Shown here in pieces: positions 46,759 to 59,014 of a stretch of DNA of 64,000 nt. The position numbers and the translations under genes are program-made. The notes below the pieces were generated by a model. The model was not told the origin of the DNA, made no database searches, and saw only the letters and a program-made list of their open reading frames with translations. Numbering within the stretch: position 1 is the first letter of the stretch; the number at the start of each line of letters is the position of its first letter. Source of the DNA: Paraspadella gotoi (lineage: Eukaryota > Animalia > Chaetognatha); the NCBI GenBank assembly GCA_051294375.1, contig JBJCIZ010000239.1:5227210-5291209 (forward strand). Reading direction: 5' to 3'.

Positions 46759-48251
46759 CGAGGAGAGGAGAGAGATCCTCGGACACTTGAGTGTCGATTT
46801 GGAGGCTGGTCGTCAAACATCCCGAGATCGGACAACGTCCGTCCAAGGTCGAAGGGGCGTTGCCTGAGCAGGAAGGGAGGCAGGGGCGGGCGGGGATGAT
46901 TCGGCGATCGTAATGTTGACGCGCGGGAAATTCGTTTGCGGCCGAAAAAAAAAAAAGAATTTTCATTTTTGTGTGTGTTTTGTGTTTTGTGTTTTATTTT
47001 TAACGGCGAAATAATTACGGATGCGATTTGGTAGATGGCGTTGAATGAAGAGAAAGAAATAGAGAGAATGAAGAAGTAAATTATAGAAGGTGACTCGGCG
47101 CAAATTATATTAAAAAAAGCAATTTTCACTTTTTAAAATTTTTTTTGAAAGGTTAAAAGACTCGTGTTCTCGTGCGTATTTATCAAAAAGGTCAGAACGA
47201 TTTGCGTTTCTCATTTTAGACTGCCTCGTTTTTGAATGAACGTTCCGTTTGTACGCTGGGCGTTTACAAAATTCGAACCAAGATCCGTAGCGGTCCTGAA
47301 ATAAATGCGACATAATTTTTCTTACATTATTTGGTTGTTTTGCCGTTCAAGTGATCGACCATAGATTTTTCTCATTCATGTCATCGCGTGATCACCCGAA
47401 AATAAAGTCACACTGCGTCGCAACACATTCAAAATTACCGGTTTCAGACTAGCTCACCTCTCATCCTTAACTGCGCTCTTCTCCCTTACCCCACCCCCTC
47501 CTTGAACCAACCCCCGTTCTACCCCTAAATCCCCCTCTCTCTCCCTTTTCGACCCCAACTCCCGACATCTCTGAAAAAAGTGGCGCCCGAGCGAAAATAT
47601 AAAGCAAATGCGAGACTCGTTAGGCGAGGAGACGGAGACATAATAAAAACTGTTTATGACGCGCTCTCTCTCTATCCTCCGCGTTTTTGAGAGAGAGAGA
47701 GAGAGAGAGAGAGANNNNNNNNNNNNNNNNNNNNNNNNNNNNNNNNNNNNNNNNNNNNNNNNNNNNNNNNNNNNNNNNNNNNNNNNNNNNNNNNNNNNNN
47801 NNNNNNNNNNNNNNNNNNNNNNNNNNNNNNNNNNNNNNNNNNNNNNNNNNNNNNNNNNNNNNNNNNNNNNNGAGATTCCATTGAATATGCACGTGCTTAT
47901 TTTTTTTTCTATTCAATATGTACTTAGCGTCACTAGTATGTTTTGAAGGAAACAAAAAAATTGCCAACAAAAAACGAGAGAAAAATATGAAAACATAAAA
48001 TGCGCCGAAACATTGTAAAAACTGTTATTTCAATAATTCAATTAATATTAATCAAATTTCTTTAAAGTCATTTATTATCATTTTTAATGTTTCAATCAAA
48101 GTGTATTCATTTATACATCTGTCAACTTTTCTAATCTGCTATTCCATTTATTATTTTTTCGGGCTAATCAATATACTATCCTTATTCCTTAAGTTTATTA
48201 AAAATTTTTATATAAATAAATTTAAAAATCCAACTTATCTTTCCATTTTTC

Positions 48252-48334
<83 letters not shown>

Positions 48335-48352
48335 CCTCCCTCCCCCTACTAG

Positions 48353-48550
48353 GCAAAACCCTGACCATGATCGGTCGTCCCGACGGTCACCATTCCCTCG
48401 GGGCGGCGCCATGCGCCATCTCGTGGCTCTTCTGGTTGATCGAGGAAGAAAGGAACAAGACGGGAGCGAGATTCTCCGTTAGAGTGTCGGCGGTGGAGGT
48501 CGTGGGGAAGAAGGAGCGGGTCGTGGATTTGCTTGAGGATCAAGCCTCAC
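48353..48550 (+). CDS. KIF26: KIF26-like motor exon (P-loop GKT onwards)
   Basis: CTAG|GC AAA ACC...TCA C|GTGAGT, 198 nt, phase 1-1. (G)[65 protein letters not shown]; PCAISWLF and [15 protein letters not shown] are KIF26-diagnostic. Completes the Gly codon left by the 15892 donor. Confidence 0.95.
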
Positions 48551-48564
48551 GTGAGTCGAGAACA

Positions 48565-48903
48565 TCGATCAATCAATCAATCAAAAAATGAGTAAATCAA
48601 TCAATCAATCGATTAATCAATAAAGAATTAATCTACTAACTAATCAATCGGTCAATTAATTAGTGACCAAATCTTTCAAATCAATTAATAAAATTTTCAA
48701 AGATTAATCAATTGAATCAATCAATGATTGAATGAATCAATCGTTTGAGAAATTATTTAACTAATTGCTTCTTCAATCTAATGAATAAATCATTTGATTA
48801 TTCAATAAATCAATCAAATAATTGTCACTCAAGCGATCACCCAATCGATCAATCAATTAATAGATCGATTACTATATCAACCAATCATTCGATTAAATTA
48901 ACT

Positions 48904-48938
<35 letters not shown>

Positions 48939-48939
48939 T

Positions 48940-49028
<89 letters not shown>

Positions 49029-49040
49029 ATCAATCAAATC
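48565..49040. repeat. (ATCA)n microsatellite-derived intron (mirrored as (TTGA)n at ~42060-42545)
   Basis: Nearly pure (AATC)n at 48905-49025, with degenerate copies filling the rest of the intron. Confidence 0.95.
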
Positions 49041-49071
49041 CTATAAACTCCTTTCCTTCGTTCTCTTCAAG

Positions 49072-49269
49072 TTCCAGAAAACGGGGGACAATCTCCGGCG
49101 TTTCTACTTGACGGAGGCGGAGATTCGCGTCTCGGCGCCGGACCGTCGTCGTCGTCGTCGTCGCCGCCGGCGTCGGAGTTGCGGGCGACGACGCCGGAAC
49201 GAGCGGCGTTCTTTCTCGACGCCGCCTTGGCCAAGAGAACTTGTAACAATCGGGGTCAGGGCGATGAAG
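49072..49269 (+). CDS. KIF26: KIF26-like motor exon
   Basis: TTCAAG|TT CCA GAA...GAA G|GTGAGT, 198 nt, phase 1-1. (L)[65 protein letters not shown], cf. KIF26 GQSP...[20 protein letters not shown]. An alternative in-frame acceptor would start the exon at 49078. Confidence 0.92.
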
Positions 49270-49680
49270 GTGAGTGAGTGACTTTATTTATTAATTAATT
49301 AATCTGTTCATTTTGGTATTATTTTTACTCTTTGAGAAATTTAATATATATGTCCGTGGCATTGAATATTACTTTTTGTAGTTTAAATTTAACTTTAATT
49401 CACTAAATTCAGGTCAATGTCTTTTCGGAGCTGCCCGTTGCTATTTTGTTCCATTTATTTAAAAGATACAAAGTTAAAATATGTGCTGCGCCCTCGCGTT
49501 TGAATAAAGGGTTTGGAAAAGGAAGGAGAAAAACAAAAGACACTGGATATGATCATTATAACCCGCAAGATTAATTGTACTTCTCGATTTAATAAAAACT
49601 TTAAACTTTAAACTTTAAAAAAAATTTAATTCCTGACAGGCCCAATGAAGCTTTTTTTTTTTTAATTATAATTTCTCCAG

Positions 49681-49761
49681 ACGAGGACCTCAAATTCTCT
49701 CACCTTTTGTTTACTCTTCACGTCTACCAATACCGAGTGGAAAAGGACGCCAAAGGCGGAG
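49681..49761 (+). CDS. KIF26: KIF26-like motor exon (switch I region)
   Basis: TTCTCCAG|AC GAG...GGA G|GTGAGC, 81 nt, phase 1-1. (D)EDLKFSHLLFTLHVYQYRVEKDAKGG matches KIF26 SH.FFTLHIYQYRMEK.GKGG. Confidence 0.94.
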
Positions 49762-50681
49762 GTGAGCAAAAACTATCAAAATAAAAAAAAGAGCATCGAG
49801 TAAATCTAATTAAAAATCGTAATCAGCGGGAAGAGAATACGGTTAGATTTTACTTAAAATTTAAGTAAAGAACAATACTTTAAAATTATAAATATGTAAA
49901 TTAATAAAAAAATACATTTTTTTAAAATAGACAATTCGTTAAAATTACATTTCTTAATAAAACAAATTACAAAAAAACTTCATTTTTTGACTATCTAAAT
50001 TATCCAAAAAGACTACATTTTTAAAATATACAAATTATTAAAGGAACATTTAAATATAAAACTGTTTTTGAAAAAAACATTTAGGGATGAAAAATTACAT
50101 TTTTTATATATTTAAATTTAAATATATTTAAATAAAAAAGTAATCCAGGGCGCAGAAAAAAAATTAGTCCAAGGATGCGGCGAAAAAAAATTCGGCCAGG
50201 ACGCGAGAAAAAGTAGGTGAGAGAAAAAGACGGGGTCAGGGAATTGTTTAATTGTTTTTTTGGGTCTCTAGGCCAAGGTTATTTTCTTGTTTTTGTTTTA
50301 AAGTGGGTAACGAGCACAGGACTCAAAGCGGGGTTTTTCGTGGTTAAGGGGTTCGAGCGACGTCATGGGCGCCACTCTAACTAAGGTCGGGTAAGTCTGA
50401 CTGAAATCTAGGTAAGTAAAGACGGGGGAAAATGGTGGGAAAGGAAAATATAATGTAAGCGGCTAAATCGGCGGTAAAAAAAATGGTAACAGAGACTAAA
50501 CGGGAGAGGGACGGTGAGAGAGAAAGAGAGGAAAAAGCGTGAATGAAAAACCTAAACCCTGGACTCGAGCCTGGATCTCCGGGAGGAGGGAGAGGAGGAT
50601 GAGGAGAAATGATGAGGAAACGGTGCATGTTGGCGAAACCTATCGGTTCTTTCTGTAATGGACATTTTCTTTTCCCTCAAG

Positions 50682-50783
50682 TGGTCGGCGGTCGGAGTCG
50701 CCTTCATCTCATCGATTTCGGTCCTTTGCCCAAATCCAAAGATGTCTTCTCCAACTGCGACGCGAGGGGAGGAAGACAAGCAG
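50682..50783 (+). CDS. KIF26: KIF26-like motor exon (switch II region)
   Basis: CCCTCAAG|TG GTC GGC GGT CGG..., (V)VGGRSRLHLIDFGPLPKSKDVFSNCDARGGRQA. GGRSRLHLID is KIF26-diagnostic. The 3' end is placed at a weak donor (CAG|GTCTTT) chosen because it is phase-consistent with the next exon. Confidence 0.88.
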
Positions 50784-50849
50784 GTCTTTCTTGTAGGGAC
50801 ACAGATGGAAGGGATCAGATGGGACAGATAAAGAGAATGTAAAACTGAA

Positions 50850-51290
50850 ATGGAAACAGATAGAGGAACGGATGGGGAACCTTAGGAAAACTGATGGAGT
50901 AACGAATTGGAAACAGATGGGAAAAACAGACGGGAAACCTTAGAGAAACAGGATTAGAAACAGATGGGAAAAACAGACGGGGAACCTTAGAGAAACAGGA
51001 TTAGAAACAGATGGGAAAAACAGACGGGGAACCTTAGAGTAGCAGGATTAGAAACAAGATGGGAAAAACAGATGGGGAACATTATGAAACAGATTAGAAA
51101 CAGATGGAAAAAACAGATGGGAAAAACAGATGGGGAAACATACGTATAGGGAGACAATCTGTCAAATAAATGGGGCATCAGATAGGGAGAAAAGCTGTAT
51201 AATTAAAAGAAGACAGATGAAGAAACCGTTTGGGAAACAGATGGAGAAAAAGGTATGGTACGACAACCTGGAAAACAAATGGGAACGGAT
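50850..51290. repeat. 47-bp intronic minisatellite built from GAAACAGATGG sub-units (mirrored at ~39720-40180)
   Basis: Unit GAAACAGATGGGAAAAACAGACGGGGAACCTTAGAGAAACAGGATTA at 50910, 50957 and 51004, plus degenerate flanking copies. Confidence 0.9.
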
Positions 51291-51436
51291 AGATACAAAA
51301 ACATAACGGGGAACTGACGATACGCACAAATGACAGTAAAATGTTTACAGTAAAAATCAATTTTAGAAAACTCTAAATTACATTATTACGATAATTACGA
51401 TCCCATTACCCATTTCACACCCCTACTCGAAAACAG

Positions 51437-51593
51437 ACGGACCGACTGGTTCCCCGATCTCCTCGCCGACGCTGGACACCGCCGCCGCTTCAGCCGCCGC
51501 CGCCGCCGCTGCGGGCGCCACTTCGCTTTCCATGTCTTCTCTGTGCAACGTCGTCCTGGCGCTGCTCAATGGACAGAAGCATCTGCCGCATCG
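51437..51593 (+). CDS. KIF26: KIF26-like motor exon (loop 11 / helix alpha-4); last KIF26 exon identified, gene incomplete
   Basis: AAACAG|AC GGA...CAT CG|GTGAGT, phase 1-2. (D)GPTGSPISSPTLDTAAASAAAAAAAGATSLSMSSLCNVVLALLNGQKHLPHR, cf. KIF26 [22 protein letters not shown]. Confidence 0.92.
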
Positions 51594-52100
51594 GTGAGTT
51601 TAGAATTATACTTTCGATGTTGTTTTTGTTTTTTTTGTTTTGTAATTTGTTTTTGTTTGGTTTGGTTTTGGTTCGTAAGTTTGTTTTGTTTTGTTTATGC
51701 TTTAGTTTCTTGTTCTGTTTTGGTTTTTTTTTTTGTTTTTATGGTTTAATAATATATCTATTTATTTTTTAGTCTCAACTTGAGAGTAAAAGAGTATGTA
51801 TGTTTATTTTTAAATACGTATATATATATATTATTTATATTCGTTAGCGTCGGCGTAGCTGTTGTACTTCCAGCCGTCGATGTAGTCGCTGGAGTCAGTG
51901 ATGAATTGGGCTTCTACTACATCAGCCCAATAGTGATGAATTGGGCTTCTACTACATCAGCCCAATAGTTATGGTCGTTAAAAAAAAAGTACGGAACGGT
52001 TTTCAATTTAATGCTTGGCTTGAAAATAGATCAATCAAAATAAAATGTGTGATTGATTAATTTTTTTCTTTTTTTTTTCCCCGATGAACGATATCGATAG

Positions 52101-52243
<143 letters not shown>

Positions 52244-52523
52244 GTTTTCGCTCAAAATTATGACGGAGATGACGACTTCGATGATTCAGATTTAAAAATT
52301 GTTTGGTATTTTATATATACAATATATACAATATTGTTGACCCGATCGTCTTTCATTATTAATATTTATTTATTTATTTACTATCACGAAACTAACATGA
52401 AGTTTTTTTTTTTATTCCTGCTTTTTTTCAGAAAAAAATATGAAAAAAAAAAGTTCATCAATAGAAAAAAATATTGCAGCTGCAAGTTGGAAAATTTCCT
52501 CTGTGTGAGAGGGGAGAGAAAGA

Positions 52524-52609
<86 letters not shown>

Positions 52610-53184
52610 GGAAATACCATTTGGTTTTAGAGTAAGTTTAAAATTTTCTTGATCCTATTTCCAAATTGGAATAAAAAATTTCTTCTCATGCTTTTCTTTT
52701 TTTTTCTTCTCCATAAATAAAAATTAGGTAGAAAGATGCATAAAAAAACTCATATTAAATTGTTATAGATGTGATTAATAAAAAACAAATTCGCGGTGTT
52801 TGAGCAGCAAACTAAAATATAGCTTCACTATTTAAAATTTGACATTTTTTTAAAACCTTCTTCTAAAAAGATACAAAAACATTTTTGAGGGGAAAATCAG
52901 GTATTTTGTTTTCCGTAATTTAATCTAAAATACTTAAAAAATGTAATTGTAAAAAAAGTAAATATAAAACTCTGTCAAATCTGCCTTTCATATGTTGTCC
53001 CGCTCAAAAAAATCTAAACAACAAGTTTTTCTTACTTTTGCATTCAACCATCGTGACACCAAGCAACTTCCAACGCCCACATTTTTGAGACCAAATTTGG
53101 GCGAACATTTTTCAAGAGCGACAAATTCTTTTGTCGTTTTTATTGCGACCAGAATCAACTTTGATTTCCCCCCGGAACTCTGCG

Positions 53185-53292
<108 letters not shown>

Positions 53293-54350
53293 AGAATAAG
53301 TGATTTTACTTCGTCCCTTCCATCTTTCTTTTACCCACGTTTTCATTTTTCTCAATCTTATCTCCTCTTGCCTCCAGCGGGCGCCAGAGCGTCAGGTGCC
53401 TTTTGTTTATTTTCGCTTTAATTATCCGGTTTACGACCTTTTCCGCCAGGATTCTTAGAGGCGCTGGTTTAGCAGATAGGAAGGAATGAGAGAAAGAAAA
53501 AAAAAAGACCAACAGATTTTAGTGTTTTTCGATTGGAAGAATACAGAAATTATTAAGCGAATGAATGATTCTCATATTGGTTGAGATGACAGAGAAACAT
53601 TTAAAAAAAAGAAAGAGACAACTATATGAGAGAAAAAGAAAGAGGAAATAGGACAGAAATAGTACAGAGATGGAAGACAGAAAGAGAGAAAAACGTGAAG
53701 GACCAAAAGAGAGGAAAAGATATCGAGACTGAAGAACAGGACAGAAAGACAGAGAAAAGAAAGAAGGGCACAAGGAGCTCTTAAGAGGAAGACGGAAAGA
53801 GCGACCTGAAAACAGAAAGATAAAAAGACAAGAAGAGAGAAAAACACATGGACAGAAACATCAAGAAAAGCGAATAGGACCAAATATCTTTAGAGAGGAA
53901 GAAAGAAGGACAGAAGGAACGAGAGTGATGAAAACAGAAAGATAAAAAAAAATAGGAAGAGAGAGAAGAAAACAATGGGACAGAAGGACCAAAAAAAGGA
54001 AAAAAAGGACTAAAGAAAATGAGAGGAAAACAGAAACACAGAAAGATCGAGAGTAAGGAAAACAGAAGGACAAAAAGACCGAGATTGAGTAAAACAGAAG
54101 GACGAAAAGATAGAAAGACGAAAAGACAGCGACTGAACGGGTTTCGCAATTTGAAACTAATCTTTCAATTGAATCTTAAAGACGCTTCGGCTTAGAAGGA
54201 AGAGGAGGAGGAGGAGGAGGAGGAGGAGGAGGAGGAGGAAAGAGAGGGAGGAAAGGAGGAGAAGAGAGAAATCCCTCCCTGGAGAAACATCGATTTTTCC
54301 CCCGCATTTTATATCCAGTTTACTTTTCTTTCAAGACCAATTTCGCTTTC

Positions 54351-54391
<41 letters not shown>

Positions 54392-54569
54392 TCTCATTAT
54401 ATATCTTCTCTCATCATATATATATATATATATGCTTACGCCTGGTAATTCTCGAAGGCCGTTTCGCCCAAATTTCATTAGCATGAGGCAGAGAAAATCG
54501 GTTACCGCCCCCGGGATCAGTTAAATAGCACTGTTTTCCAAAAGTTTCCCATTTCTGTTCCTAATACGT

Positions 54570-54745
54570 AAACTAAACTAAATCTAATCGTTAACCTAAA
54601 TCTAATCCTTATCCCTAATAAATAATCATATTTTGAATCAAATCACTAACCCATTCCCTCAACCTAATCCCTAGCCTTTTTTGTATCCCTAACCCCTAAC
54701 CAGGCTAACCTAATAAATAAACCTCAAAACTAAATTTAAACTGAA
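54570..54745. repeat. Degenerate (CCTAA/CCCTAA)-like tract
   Basis: AACCTAAATCTAATCCTTATCCCTAA...AACCTAATCCCTAG...CCCTAACCCCTAACC; short and interstitial. Confidence 0.55.
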
Positions 54746-55517
54746 ATGGGGCGCTTTGAGAAAACGTCGCCAGTTAAATATCGTTAGCGTCGGAATCTGA
54801 TAATGGAAAACACAAGTTATAACGATTTTCTTTAATTCTTAAAACTTAAAAAAAAAAGTATTGGTCTTCCGAAAACAGTTTTTATATTTAATTCGTTATT
54901 GAAGTTAATGAATACAACGATTGCAACAAATACCAATGCAATTATAACAATGATAAATCATCAAGTAAAAGTTGTGTAAAAAATTGACTTTCGAACGACA
55001 TAGATGCGTAACCAGAAATTATTATTTCTTTAAAGTTTAAGTTAAAATATCAAATAAAAAAATAACATGAATGACAGCTTTTTTTAAATTATCATTTTTA
55101 AAAAAATAATTTAAATTTGTCTATGAATGGTAATAAGATGAAATTGTCTTGTTTTGTTATTTCAACCTTCCACGAAAATTATCGATTTTTTAAACAATTC
55201 ACAACCTCGGGCTTGGTTACAATAACGGAAACCGATTTAAAAAAAAAAAAGAAAATATAAAAAATGTAAGACAGTTTAGTCGATAATTGGGAGAACGAGT
55301 TTAAAGGTTTTGGAAAAAAGTTATCTACTATTTTTAACTTTGGTATAATATAGTTTTTTTTTAAAATTAAAAATGAAAATGCTGTAAAAAAAAAAACGAC
55401 TGGGAACTCGGGAGTCGATAATTTGCAAACGACGTCGTCGTCTTTGTCTTCGTCTTTGTCGTCGTCATCGTCGTCGTCCTCGTCCCTTCGTCGCATCCGC
55501 ATCGTCGTCGTCCTCTT

Positions 55518-55548
<31 letters not shown>

Positions 55549-55667
55549 CCACATCTTTGGCGTAATGATTCCTACTTCTCAAACGAGTCACAACGTCAGG
55601 CACCCAAAACTGTCCGATCACACACACACAAATCCCCCCAGAAAACCCTTTCACCGCGTCACCGCTC

Positions 55668-55882
55668 TCACAGCGTCACGTTGGCGGACTGAAGCTTAAA
55701 GTAGTGACCCTTGGCGCGCATGAGCTCCGCGTGGCGTCCGGATTCGACTACGACGCCATCTTTAACGACGAGGATGACGTCGGCGTCTTTTATCGTCGAG
55801 AGACGATGAGCGACGACAATCGACGTTCGTCCAGATTGAGCGGAATCGAGGGCGGATTGGACCAGAGCCTCGCTCTCGTTGT
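55668..55882 (-). CDS. ABCB / P-glycoprotein (MDR)-type ABC transporter, terminal coding exon (end of NBD)
   Basis: (CT)n pyrimidine tract then CACAG|AC AAC GAG. (D)[70 protein letters not shown], containing the D-loop end and H-loop (AHRLSTI) typical of ABCB1-type NBDs. Confidence 0.93.
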
Positions 55883-55883
55883 C

Positions 55884-55932
<49 letters not shown>

Positions 55933-57414
55933 TTGAAGGGGAAAAGGGGAGAGATTTTAGTAAATGGAAGTCGAGAATCGATTCGGAAAGTCTGACTTCT
56001 TTTGCTAGAGTCGGAACACCACACCAAAGGTTAGATATTTTCTCCTGCCTAGGGGTGACCCCTTGGGAAGGAAGTCCTTTGCGCCCCAAGGGGATCTGCT
56101 ACGGGGTTGACCCTAAATGCTAAAAAAAATTATCTCTCCTAGGGTGTATAATTTTTGTACAACCCCAAGAAGACATCCCCCTGACGTCGAACCTCGCCAC
56201 CCGCCAATGGGAAGGCGTTTATTCTGACGGTATAATTGACACGAAGCCTGCTCTCCTTGAAGCTTATGGAAACAGAAAGTAGGTTTATTCAGTCTAAATT
56301 TGATAGAATTATTACGTACATTCATAACAGTCAACTCCTTATATTTTTATGCTAGAGCGTGTGGGATAAAATAGTTTTCCTGATTTAATACGTATGAAAA
56401 TGGTCATTTTGTACTCACGAAACTTCACTTCATTAATTGTATCCATTTCATATTAAAAAAATGAGCGCCAAATTTGAGCTCAATTTTAAAATGTCACTTT
56501 TTCTCCTCGAAAAACCAATCACGAAAATTAGTAGCAGAAAGTTGAACTGAGATTTCTAAGAAATCAATCGCGACTAAAGAAAAAAAAAAGAAGAAATAAA
56601 TAAAAAGAAATAAAAAGAAGAACGGAAACTCCAATGTTGAGTCGCGTCGCAGTGACTCTCTTTCTTGGACACCCGCTGCATTGGAATCTCGTCTTTTATT
56701 CTTTATAGTCTTTTAAAAAGAACAGGTAGCGCTAGCAGTCGCTTTGATTTGATGTTCTATTACTGTCTCAACAAATGAGCATCAAACTTTGACCGACCGA
56801 CCGAATAGAGTTGATTCGCGAGTGCTCGCGACGCGACTAAAAAAGAAGCCAATCGGCTAGGGTCAGGCAGAGTTCAGTTTTCTGAAAAAAAAAAAACCGG
56901 GGTCATTGCATCTTGGAAGGACATCAAGATTTATGAGTGCGACGACGACGACTTTTCTGTCACAAAATGTCATTTTTTATGACAGACGTTTCCGATTCGG
57001 TCGAGTTTATCATTGAGTTGATAGAAAGTTTATTCGAGGATATCATTGGGTTTATGGGAGAAGTTATGAGTTGATATATATATACTTGTACAAAGGTTTA
57101 GTGAGATTTTGTGAGATTTCACCACAATAAGGTTTTGTGATAGTGATATTTGAGTGAAAATTATCATCGATTATTTATTAAGGCGGAACAAGTTTCAAAC
57201 TAACAGAAGTCCCGTATAAATATTCTTAATGATTTTATTAAAGATCGTGAATATGAAAAAAAAAAGATTTATCTTATAGTTAAAAGCCTTATTATTTATG
57301 AGTTTGGAATTAATCACAAATCCTAGTTTCATCGGTCAAAATTGCCAACTTTTAACTGCAAATGAAACAGATTTTCTATTCAAAAGAAATGCATGGGACG
57401 GACGGTCGCTCTTT

Positions 57415-57478
57415 CTTTCATTCATTCATTCATTCATTCATTCATTCATTCATTCATTCATTCATTCATTCATTCATT
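57415..57478. repeat. (TTCA)n microsatellite
   Basis: Pure tetranucleotide run, directly visible. Confidence 0.95.
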
Positions 57479-57914
57479 CTTTCTTACTTTCTTTCTTTCT
57501 AGTTTCGGTTTATTTTCTTTCTATTTCTCTTTCTCTCTCTCTCTTTCCACGACCTCATACTTAATCGAGCGAGAAGGCTTTCGGAAGGAAAGCCAATATT
57601 CTCGCCGTCTAACGCAGCTTCTTGCTGCACAGCATCGTTGCTGCTTTCTAGTCGCGCTTTGAATTTTTTTGGTCGGGCGACATTCTAGAAGGAGCTACCT
57701 AATCTCGCATTCTCACGAAAAGGCATCGTTCTGGTCAAATTATAAAACTGATGTAGATCTGGCAAGCAACCAAACAAGTGGGCGAGCAAGCGTTTTGACT
57801 CTGAAAACAAGCTGCTTGAGAAGGTGGTAATTCATGTGTCTTGAAAAAAAAAGAGAAGAAAAGAGAGAGATTCACGCGTTTTACCTTTTCAGATTCTGGT
57901 TCCCTTGGAAAAAG

Positions 57915-57947
<33 letters not shown>

Positions 57948-58259
57948 AGAGATGAGAGAGAGAGAGAGAGAGAGAGAGAAGAGAGAGACGAGAGCAGTCG
58001 CAATCCCCTTTTCTCACAGGTTTTAAAATTCGTACCCCAACGGCGCTTTAATCCACTCATATCTCTTTTGCTCGACATTTTCTACGAAGCTTAATGCAGT
58101 TTGGACCTTTAAGATTTTGTTCTTTTGTTTCTTTGGTTTGTTCTAGTTGTTTTTCTATTTTAACATTTTAAATGTGATTTTGTAAATCATTTGAAGTAAG
58201 TCAACACATCGAATTTTTGCTATTATTTTAAATTTACAAACATTGTTATTTTCCCCTAG

Positions 58260-58522
58260 GAAACCGGTTCTTTTCGAGGCTGTTGTTCATTGCGCTGGAG
58301 AACATTTCCTACGGATTTAGAGCCGAACGACGCCTGTGAGGCGAGCCGAAAACGCTGCAGGTCAACGCCCACAGCGCGTCCATCGTGGAAGCGGGCGCGT
58401 CATGCGAAACATTCACCGTAATTCATATGCGAGGTCTGAGTTGGGGGAGTGGAGCAGGAGAGGTAGGAGAGAAGAGCGAGGAGAGAAGTAAGGAAAATGT
58501 TAAGAAAGAAAGAAAGAAAGAC

Positions 58523-58558
<36 letters not shown>

Positions 58559-59014
58559 ATAGAAAGAAAGGAAAGAAAGAAAGAAAGAGAAGGAAATTGG
58601 AGGAAAAACATAAGATAGAAAGAATGAAAAAAAATTGTGAGAGAAGAGATGAGGAAAACAAAGACAAGAAAATAGGAGAAAGGAAAAACGGACAAGCAAG
58701 AAACGAAATTAGAGACAGAATCGTAGAAAGATCCGACCCTCACAAACTTATCCCATTCTTTATCACCAAACATTTTCTCGATCACCCAAACCACTACCCC
58801 CCTCCTGCTCCCTCCTCCTCCTCCCCCACTCCACCCTTAATTCTCACCCTCCCAACCCCACTGTCCAAGGCCTTCCCCTCGTCGCTCACGAAGACCCGCG
58901 TGGGAAGAAGCGCTCAATTGTCCGGCGGGACAAAATAGCAGCGAGGTAGCCATCGCCGGGCTTGGATCGGAATCGAAGGTGCTTTGCTGCTGGGACGAGG
59001 CGACGTCTGCTTGG
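58260..59014 (+). pseudogene. Inverted, frameshifted copy of two ABCB exons (probable assembly artefact)
   Basis: 58260-58433 mirrors 63523-63373 and 58870-59014 mirrors 62951-62810, including splice sites and the intervening (AAAG)n intron, with many inserted or deleted bases. Confidence 0.85.

Larger units (their letters stand above)
38918..52047. repeat. Large inverted duplication: arms ~38918-44820 and ~46180-52047 (~5.9 kb each), spacer containing a 25-N gap
   Basis: Outer anchor TTTTGATTGATCTATTTCAAGCCAAGCATTAAATTGAAAACCGTTCCG (~38924) vs its reverse complement at ~51992-52040. Inner anchors 44740-44815 vs 46180-46265. Collinear throughout, with indel-dominated differences. Confidence 0.93.

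Noticed and set aside
54570-54745. Telomere-like CCTAA/CCCTAA tract
   Set aside because: It is short, highly degenerate and interstitial, so not evidence of a chromosome end or fusion.
57560-57830. Peptide KESQYSRRLTQLLAAQHRCCFLVA faintly resembling the missing next KIF26 exon (ESKLTQLL...CRT.MIA)
   Set aside because: There is no proper acceptor in phase, the similarity is limited to a few residues, and the segment looks like low-quality read noise at the edge of the inverted arm. It is worth a tBLASTn check but is not supportable.
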